From an uncultured Eubacteriales bacterium (GTDB taxonomy: Bacteria > Bacillota > Clostridia > Oscillospirales > QAKW01), in NCBI GenBank assembly GCA_964428505.1, contig CAYRYQ010000002.1:454-64453 (forward strand): 64,000 nucleotides of DNA. The letters run 5' to 3'. The notes under the pieces are model-generated. The model searched no databases. It saw only the letters and a list, made by a program, of their open reading frames with translations, and had not been told where the DNA came from. The translations under genes and the position numbers were made by a program. Numbering within the stretch: position 1 is the stretch's first letter; every line of letters starts with the position of its first letter. Of the stretch, positions 58,160 through 64,000 are shown one piece after another.

Positions 58160-59116
58160 TCACTCGGATCTGGTATTGATATCGTGGGTGCGCTGATCAT
58201 TGGTGATCATGTGCAGGGAAGGATCCAGCTTATAATCCTCAAACACCTGCTTGATGAACCCTTCGTCTCTCAGCTCGGCCACCACATTGTTCACTTCTTT
58301 CATGAAGGCAATATCGTCAAAGCTGACTGCCGGCGCGATCCGGCCGATTGCGCTTGGATCATCTTGATATTTCTCTGCCATTTTCAGCCCTTTCACCGTA
58401 TCGGGAGAATTCGCAAACAGATTCTCCAGCACCGTGGAATCCGTCAGGAAGGCATCAATTTTCCCATTTTGCAGCGCCACAATGGATTCAGACTGGTCGC
58501 CGGTCGCGCGGGACTCTTTGATCAGGCCCTGATCCTTCCAGCCATCCACAATCGTCTGCCACACCGTGCCGGTGGTATAACCCACCACCGTGCTGCTGGG
58601 ATCAAAATCTGTAACCGCACTGATGCCGCTGTTTTCTCCCACCAGAAGACCGCCGCCCTGGATGTACCAGATATCCCCGAAATAGACTTTTTCAGCCCGG
58701 TCTGCCCGAATATACATACAATCGGCAATGAGATCGATATTTCCGGAATTGACATTCAAAATCAACTCGGAGAACGGGATCAGCTCCATTTCGGTTTTTG
58801 CAATGCCCAGCCTCTTGGCCACTTCTTTGATAATTTCGGCGTCTACCCCACTGAATTCTCCGGTTGCCTGATCAATATAAGCAAACGGTGCGTCACCGGA
58901 AGAACCAACCTTCAAAACGCCGCTCTTTCTGAGCTCCTGCAGCTTTTTGCTGGGTTCCCCGTTTGCGCTGTAGGAATTGTCATACTCGCTGGTCTTTGTG
59001 GTATCCTCCTCCTTGCCGGCCGTGGTATCCTTCTTGGAACAGCCGCTTAAAATCCCCATAACCACCACCAGCACCAACAGCAATGCGCCATACTTTCTTA
59101 ACGTGAAATTTCTCAT
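58160..59116 (-). CDS. amino-acid ABC transporter substrate-binding lipoprotein
   Basis: 318 aa. Lipobox ILSGCS. Family-3 SBP pattern (LKVGSSGDAPFAYID...GVDAEI..., DLIADCMYIRADR). Confidence 0.8.
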   Translation of the reverse strand: MRNFTLRKYGALLLVLVVVMGILSGCSKKDTTAGKEEDTTKTSEYDNSYSANGEPSKKLQELRKSGVLKVGSSGDAPFAYIDQATGEFSGVDAEIIKEVAKRLGIAKTEMELIPFSELILNVNSGNIDLIADCMYIRADRAEKVYFGDIWYIQGGGLLVGENSGISAVTDFDPSSTVVGYTTGTVWQTIVDGWKDQGLIKESRATGDQSESIVALQNGKIDAFLTDSTVLENLFANSPDTVKGLKMAEKYQDDPSAIGRIAPAVSFDDIAFMKEVNNVVAELRDEGFIKQVFEDYKLDPSLHMITNDQRTHDINTRSE

Positions 59117-59151
59117 CTTCTCTCCTCCTCATTTTAAAAAATAATACAAAA

Positions 59152-59180
59152 AGGAGCATACTTTTTTCAAGTATGCTCCT
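59152..59180 (-). terminator. intrinsic terminator inside the leader of the ABC-transporter genes (candidate attenuator)
   Basis: 12-bp perfect stem aggagcatactt / aagtatgctcct with a 5-nt loop, followed on the minus transcript by UUUUGUAUUAUUUUUU. It ends about 10 nt before the GAGGAGG RBS of the SBP gene. Confidence 0.6.
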
Positions 59181-59295
59181 TTGCATCAACTAATATTTTA
59201 TTCTGAATTGTATAGAGTGAAACCTGTTCTTCTTTTGTCAAAAGCGCTCGAGCGTTCTTTTGCGTTTGGTTTTGGGGTTTCTGAACGATGATTCT

Positions 59296-59324
59296 ATTAT
59301 AGCAGCTGATTCTTCATTTGACAA
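59296..59324 (-). promoter_or_regulatory. predicted sigma-A promoter upstream of the leader/terminator
   Basis: On the minus strand, TTGTCA, 17 nt, TATAAT. Confidence 0.5.
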
Positions 59325-59385
59325 TGGGCATAAATCCATAGTTTTTTGTTCAATTGCACAAATCTAGATTTTCTTCCCTGTCTTT

Positions 59386-60714
59386 TTAGCCAATCAGCGT
59401 TTCCTCCACCATGGTCAGAACCTGATCCAGCTTGGTCAGCTCCTCTTTCAGCTGCTCCTCCGTAATGATCAGCGGGGGGCAAACCAGCACCATGTTCTCG
59501 TGGGAATAGGTCATAAACGCTTTTTGTTTCAGCGCGCCGATGATCTTGCCCATTTTGCCTTCGGGATCCCGGCCATAGGGAACCAGCGGTTCCTTGGTGG
59601 CTTTGTCTTTAACCAGCTCCACCGCAGAAAACAGCCCGATATACCGCACATCCCCCACGCAGGGGTGTTTTTCCTTCAGCGCTTCCAGCGTTTCTCCCAG
59701 CACCTTCCCGGCTTTTCCCACATTTTCTAAAATATGCGCTTCCTTATAGTAATTCACGCAGGCAACCCCGGCGGCGCAGGCCAGCGGATGCCCGCTGTAA
59801 GTCATCCCGCAGGAAAACAGATGATCGTCGAAATAGGCGGCAATCTCTTTGCTGATCACTACGCCGCCCAGCGGCACATAACCGCAGGTCACGCCTTTGG
59901 CGAAGGTCACCATGTCGGGCTTTACATCAAAGTTCTCAAAGGCAAACATCTTTCCGGTACGCCCCCAGCCGGCCATGACCTCATCGCAGACCATCATAAT
60001 GCCGTATTTGTCGCAGAGCGCCCGCACGCCGGGCAGATACCCTTTTGGCGGTATGATCACCCCGTTGGAGCCGGTAACCGTCTCCAAAACGATTGCCGCC
60101 ACATTGTTTTGCCCCTCATAAACAATCTGCTCTTCCAGCTTGGTCAGGTAATACTTTGTGGCTTCTTCTTCGCTGGCAAAGGGAATTGCTTCCCGGTAAA
60201 CATACGGATCAAAGAATTTTATAAATCCCGGAACCCCCGGCTCCAGTGGATACCGCCGGGGCTCGCCGGTCAGGTTCCCGGCCCCGAAAGAAGACCCGTG
60301 ATAACTGCGGTAACGGCTGAACACCTTGGTTTTTCCGGTAAACATCCGGGCAATTTTTACTGCGTTTTCATTGGATTCTGCGCCTGCGTTGGTAAAGAAT
60401 ACCTTTCCCATATTGTCCGGCATCAGCTCCAGAATCATCTTGGCAAGCTTTGCCCGGGACTCCGCGCCAAAGGAGGGCCCCACAAAACAATACTGATCCA
60501 CCTGCTCCTTGATGGCGTCATTAATCGCCTTGTTGCCGAACCCCACGTTCATATTCACCAGCTGCGAGGACATGTCCGTATAACGGTTCCCGTCATAATC
60601 CCAGAAATAAATGCCCTCCGCCTTTTTGATCGGCAGCGGATCCAGCCCCTTTTGCTTGCTCCATGATTGCATGCTGTATTGCGTCTGCATGCGTTTAATC
60701 TCTTCACCCGTCAT
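59386..60714 (-). CDS. class-III PLP aminotransferase (omega-amino acid:pyruvate type)
   Basis: AEGIYFWDYDGNRYTDMSSQLVNMNVGFGN, TNAGAESNENAVK, MVCDEVMAGWGRTGKMF, FAKGVTCGY. Start taken at MTGEE (SD AGGGGA 8 nt upstream) rather than the track start at 60723. Confidence 0.75.
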   Translation of the reverse strand: MTGEEIKRMQTQYSMQSWSKQKGLDPLPIKKAEGIYFWDYDGNRYTDMSSQLVNMNVGFGNKAINDAIKEQVDQYCFVGPSFGAESRAKLAKMILELMPDNMGKVFFTNAGAESNENAVKIARMFTGKTKVFSRYRSYHGSSFGAGNLTGEPRRYPLEPGVPGFIKFFDPYVYREAIPFASEEEATKYYLTKLEEQIVYEGQNNVAAIVLETVTGSNGVIIPPKGYLPGVRALCDKYGIMMVCDEVMAGWGRTGKMFAFENFDVKPDMVTFAKGVTCGYVPLGGVVISKEIAAYFDDHLFSCGMTYSGHPLACAAGVACVNYYKEAHILENVGKAGKVLGETLEALKEKHPCVGDVRYIGLFSAVELVKDKATKEPLVPYGRDPEGKMGKIIGALKQKAFMTYSHENMVLVCPPLIITEEQLKEELTKLDQVLTMVEETLIG

Positions 60715-60777
60715 CGAAATCATCCCCTAGTCGATATTTGCAAAGCAGATTGCCTATTTTTTGCTTTACTTAATCCT

Positions 60778-60806
60778 ATTATAAGAAAAACATTTCGCTT
60801 CTTCAA
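60778..60806 (-). promoter_or_regulatory. predicted sigma-A promoter of the aminotransferase gene
   Basis: On the minus strand, TTGAAG, 17 nt, TATAAT, located between the PucR-type regulator stop and the aminotransferase start. Confidence 0.45.
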
Positions 60807-60854
60807 CCGCTGGATGAACAGACTTTCTTGTGCTATTGCACATTTTTCAATAAA

Positions 60855-62015
60855 TCAAAGGATGTCCCGAATCCAGAAACAAAGCCGGCATTTGACCCGC
60901 TCATCCAATTCCAACAGGTTGATCCCGGTGATTTTTTCGATTTTTTTAATTTGATTGTTCACGGTGTTTCGATGAATGAACTGCTGCTCCGCCACCAGCT
61001 GCGGGCTGCCGTTGAGATCCAGATAAACCTGCAGGAATCCCACCAGGTCGGTTCCGTTTTCTGCATCGTATTGCTCCAGCTTCCCCAGAATATGGTAATA
61101 AAACTCATATAAAACCTTCTTATCCCGCACGGCCAACAAAATTTTATAAACATCCAGCTCGTCATAAAAAACCGCCGGACGGTTTTTCTTCACCGCCATC
61201 CGATTGGCAGCCGCAGCTTTTTCAAAGTTCACATCCTGGTTCATAAAATCCTGCATCAGGGAGCTGACACCCACATGAATCTGAAAGCCGGCGCGCTCCC
61301 GTTCCACCAGCTGAAAAAGCTCCTCCACAAAAGTGCGGATCTGCTCCATCTCCATTCCGGACAACACCACAATCAGATGTCCCTGATAGGTAAACGAAAG
61401 GAACAGGCTCTGCCGGGTGCGGGCCACCCGCTCCAGATCCAGCTTCAGCTTTTCCATATAAACGCTTTCATGCTCCTGCCGGATATTGTGCACCGAAACG
61501 TTAATGAGACAAAAGTGGTTTTCCCGGGTGAAACCATGACGCTCCATGTGCTGAATCTGGGTTTCGGGCTCGCCCACCTTGAAAATGATGTTCTTTACGG
61601 TGGTAGAGATGCTTTCTTCCAGATTTTGATAATGCACGATCCGGGCGCAGAAGTCCCGGGTCATATCCACCATCCGTGTCTTCCACGGGATTGTAAAAAG
61701 CGGCATCTGCACCTCGTTGCAGAAATCCATGACCTCCCGCGGCACCAATTTGATATACGGACCAATATTAACAATCAGTGCGCTGGCCTTTTTATCATAT
61801 AAATTCTTGGTAAAGTCCAACAGCCATGCCGCGTCCCGGCACATATACCCTGCCGTAAAAATCAGTTCATGCCCATGAAGAAAGCCCGTCACCTCGTGGT
61901 CTTCCACAATGTGCACCCACTCCACCAGATTGTCAAGGCCGCTACTGCCCGCCAACAACGTCATCTGATAGAGAGCGCGACTGTTGTTATAAAGCTTGCT
62001 TACGGTTATGGCCAT
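60855..62015 (-). CDS. PucR family transcriptional regulator
   Basis: 386 aa. N-terminal LLAGSSGLDNLVEWVHIVEDHEV (PucR-like sensor region) and C-terminal HTH AEQQFIHRNTVNNQIKKIEKITG. Confidence 0.75.
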   Translation of the reverse strand: MAITVSKLYNNSRALYQMTLLAGSSGLDNLVEWVHIVEDHEVTGFLHGHELIFTAGYMCRDAAWLLDFTKNLYDKKASALIVNIGPYIKLVPREVMDFCNEVQMPLFTIPWKTRMVDMTRDFCARIVHYQNLEESISTTVKNIIFKVGEPETQIQHMERHGFTRENHFCLINVSVHNIRQEHESVYMEKLKLDLERVARTRQSLFLSFTYQGHLIVVLSGMEMEQIRTFVEELFQLVERERAGFQIHVGVSSLMQDFMNQDVNFEKAAAANRMAVKKNRPAVFYDELDVYKILLAVRDKKVLYEFYYHILGKLEQYDAENGTDLVGFLQVYLDLNGSPQLVAEQQFIHRNTVNNQIKKIEKITGINLLELDERVKCRLCFWIRDIL

Positions 62016-62044
62016 TGTTTTTCCCTTCCTTCACTCGTTTTCCT

Positions 62045-62875
62045 TTATTGTATAAAGGTTCCGGTGCGCAGCTGCCAAAAAGCTTCCTGCAATTCCTCCT
62101 CCGTATTCATTACGATGGGGCCTCCCCAGGCAACCGGTTCCCTCAGCGGCCGGGCCGCATAAAAAATCACGCGCGCCGACGTATCCTCGGGCGCTTTGAT
62201 CAACACCTCTTCCCCCGATTCAAAAAGCACTGCCGTTTTGCTTTGGATCTTCTGCCCGCCAACCGTTAACGCCCCCTCTATGGTAAACAGAAACGCGGTG
62301 TCTTCGGGGCGCACCGGAACCGCCAAGATTTTTCCTGCCTCCAGCGCAAGATCCAGAATTGTGGCGGGAATATGGCGGGGCGTCACCCCGCGGACACCCT
62401 GATACGCACCGGAAAGAACCCGCACCGTAGCGCCGTCCTCTTCCACCAGCCCCATCTGCTCCGCCGTAACGGAAAGATAGGTCGGCTCCGTCATCTTCTG
62501 CTTTTTTGGCAGGTTCAGCCACAGCTGAAAGCCCAGCATTCTTTTTGCGGCTTTTGGCATTTCCTGATGAAGAATGCCGCGGCCCGCTGTCATCCACTGG
62601 GCTTCCCCGCCATGGATCACGCCGCGATTTCCCAGACTGTCCTCATGCTCAATTGTTCCCTCCATCAGATAGGTGATGGTTTCGATCCCCCGATGCGGAT
62701 GCATGGGAAACCCGGCAAGATAATCGGAGGGATCCTTAGAGTCAAAGGAGTCCAGCATCAAAAACGGATCAAACTCCCGCACGTCACGGTTGCCCAAGAC
62801 CCGAACCAGGCGCACCCCGGCCCCATCCACCGCGCGCTGCCCGCGCACCTCTTTTTTGATTGCACACTGTTTCAT
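62045..62875 (-). CDS. pirin family protein
   Basis: Cupin metal motif GFPMHPHRGIETITYLMEGTIEHEDS. 276 aa bicupin size. Confidence 0.8.
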   Translation of the reverse strand: MKQCAIKKEVRGQRAVDGAGVRLVRVLGNRDVREFDPFLMLDSFDSKDPSDYLAGFPMHPHRGIETITYLMEGTIEHEDSLGNRGVIHGGEAQWMTAGRGILHQEMPKAAKRMLGFQLWLNLPKKQKMTEPTYLSVTAEQMGLVEEDGATVRVLSGAYQGVRGVTPRHIPATILDLALEAGKILAVPVRPEDTAFLFTIEGALTVGGQKIQSKTAVLFESGEEVLIKAPEDTSARVIFYAARPLREPVAWGGPIVMNTEEELQEAFWQLRTGTFIQ

Positions 62876-63663
62876 GGTTGTTCTCCCTTCTTCGCTGCTT
62901 CAAATAAATAGCTGGTCATGGAAAGCGAACCCAGTACACTGGCACGATTCCACACCGTCACCCGCTCCTCCCTCTTCGCTGCCCCCAATATAAAGAGAAG
63001 GGGGGCGAAATGATCTGGGGTCGGCACCGCCAGGGCAGCATCGCGCCCCCACTCCCGGTAACGGATCACCCGGGCGTCCTCCCGCGCCAAAATGGCCTGT
63101 TCGATCCGGCCGTCAAAGTCTTCCGCCCAGGGAAAACCGCCTCTCGTCTCCCAATCCACCAGCCGCAGATTATGCACCACATTGCCGCTGCCCAAAAGCA
63201 GCACCCCCTGCTTTCTTAATGGAGCAATTCGCTTTCCCATCTGATAATATTCCTCGGCAGACGCATTTTGATCCACACTCAGCTGGATTGTGGGAACCTC
63301 TGCCTCCGGATACATCCGGCTGAGCACCGACCAGGTGCCGTGATCCAGCCCCCAGCTGTCGTCTCCGCGCGCTTTTCCCTCCAACAGCCGCAGCACCTCC
63401 GCTGCCAGCTCCGGATCGCCTTGCGCCGGATAGGTTATTTGATACAAAGCATCCGGAAATCCGTATATATCGTGGATCGTCCGCGGCTTTTCACTGGTTA
63501 ATACCCGAAGGCCCCTTGTGAACCAATGCGCGGAAACAGACAGGATTGCCCGCGGCTTCGGCAGCTGTCGTCCCATCGCCCGCCAGGCTTCCACAAACGG
63601 ATTCTCCTCGATCGCGTCCATCGGAGAGCCATGCCCCACAAACAAGACCGGCATTTCTTCCAT
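62872..63663 (-). CDS. ygiD: class III extradiol dioxygenase (4,5-DOPA dioxygenase / YgiD-like)
   Basis: PVLFVGHGSPMDAIE, ILSVSAHW, LLLGSGNVVHNL. The start is probably at 63663 (AAGGGG 6 nt upstream), not the track start at 63759. Its stop overlaps the pirin start (ATGA). Confidence 0.7.
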   Translation of the reverse strand: MEEMPVLFVGHGSPMDAIEENPFVEAWRAMGRQLPKPRAILSVSAHWFTRGLRVLTSEKPRTIHDIYGFPDALYQITYPAQGDPELAAEVLRLLEGKARGDDSWGLDHGTWSVLSRMYPEAEVPTIQLSVDQNASAEEYYQMGKRIAPLRKQGVLLLGSGNVVHNLRLVDWETRGGFPWAEDFDGRIEQAILAREDARVIRYREWGRDAALAVPTPDHFAPLLFILGAAKREERVTVWNRASVLGSLSMTSYLFEAAKKGEQP

Positions 63664-63788
63664 GTTCATCCCCTTCTTTCCTGCTTTTTTTGCAAAAAGG
63701 CAGTAAAGGACCGTTCCACGTCCTTTACCGCCATTCTTTTGCTTTTCATTTTTAAACAAAAGGCGGTTTTCGCGCGCCTCCTATCCGT

Positions 63789-63932
63789 TTAATCTTCGGT
63801 TTTCGGCTTCCTTGTCAAGAAATTTAACGCAACCATCACAAAGATGATCACACCGGTAACCACAAAAATGCCCAGCATGCCTTTGCCGATGACCGGCAGT
63901 GCATTGAAAAATGCCTGAAAATTCATATTCAT
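63789..63932 (-). CDS. small single-TM protein, OadG-like
   Basis: Hand-found 47-codon ORF MNMNFQAFFNALPVIGKGMLGIFVVTGVIIFVMVALNFLTRKPKTED with AAGGGG upstream. The pattern resembles decarboxylase gamma-subunit/OadG-type peptides. This is a weak call. Confidence 0.35.
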   Translation of the reverse strand: MNMNFQAFFNALPVIGKGMLGIFVVTGVIIFVMVALNFLTRKPKTED

Positions 63933-63939
63933 CGCCCCT

Positions 63940-64000
63940 TTAGCCCAATAAACTCAGGATCAGACCGCCCGCGATTACCGAGGAGATCTGCCCGGACACA
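63940..64000 (-). CDS. C-terminal end of a membrane protein (5' part outside window)
   Basis: The minus frame is open to the window edge, ...VSGQISSVIAGGLILSLLG then stop. Identity not determinable. Confidence 0.3.
   Translation of the reverse strand, partial: VSGQISSVIAGGLILSLLG

Overview
GC-rich Firmicutes (Clostridia-type) chromosomal segment. A guess of Oscillospiraceae/Ruminococcaceae-like is inference only. About 60 protein genes and one tRNA are present, and all but two genes are on the minus strand. I saw no CRISPR array, transposase, integrase or prophage gene.

Content in coordinate order:
- ECF sigma / anti-sigma module, then envelope housekeeping genes (EamA, DedA, PAP2, GNAT).
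- prs, then rhaD-rhaA, then addB-addA.
- A tandem array of five paralogous endonuclease/exonuclease/phosphatase (EEP) genes carrying six catalytic domains (15.1-20.6 kb).
- The complete S10-spc-alpha ribosomal superoperon, rpsJ to rplQ (20.9-36.1 kb). It includes secY, adk, map, infA, rpoA and a hand-found rpmJ.
- A divergent plus-strand pair: a sugar-1-P nucleotidyltransferase and a NahK-type N-acetylhexosamine 1-kinase.
- About 0.9 kb of hairpin-rich non-coding DNA.
- A 1553-aa SLH-anchored surface protein with a cohesin-like head and 13 tandem 87-aa Ig-like repeats.
- A GH127-like hydrolase coupled to murA, tRNA-Leu(UAA), ymdB and a radical-SAM gene.
- A duplicated DUF1538-type membrane protein with a tandem P-II-like partner.
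- An eight-gene locus headed by a PucR-type regulator: two class-III aminotransferases, an amino-acid ABC transporter, a cytidylate-kinase-like protein and an Fe-alcohol dehydrogenase.
- pirin and ygiD.

Most interesting, and all unverified:
- the EEP paralog array;
- the cohesin-like/SLH giant protein with near-identical internal DNA repeats;
- a promoter-leader-terminator element directly in front of the ABC transporter genes;
- the DUF1538/P-II pair;
- the ~300-nt structured leader of the S10 operon.

All calls come from reading the translations and sequence by eye. No database search was run.
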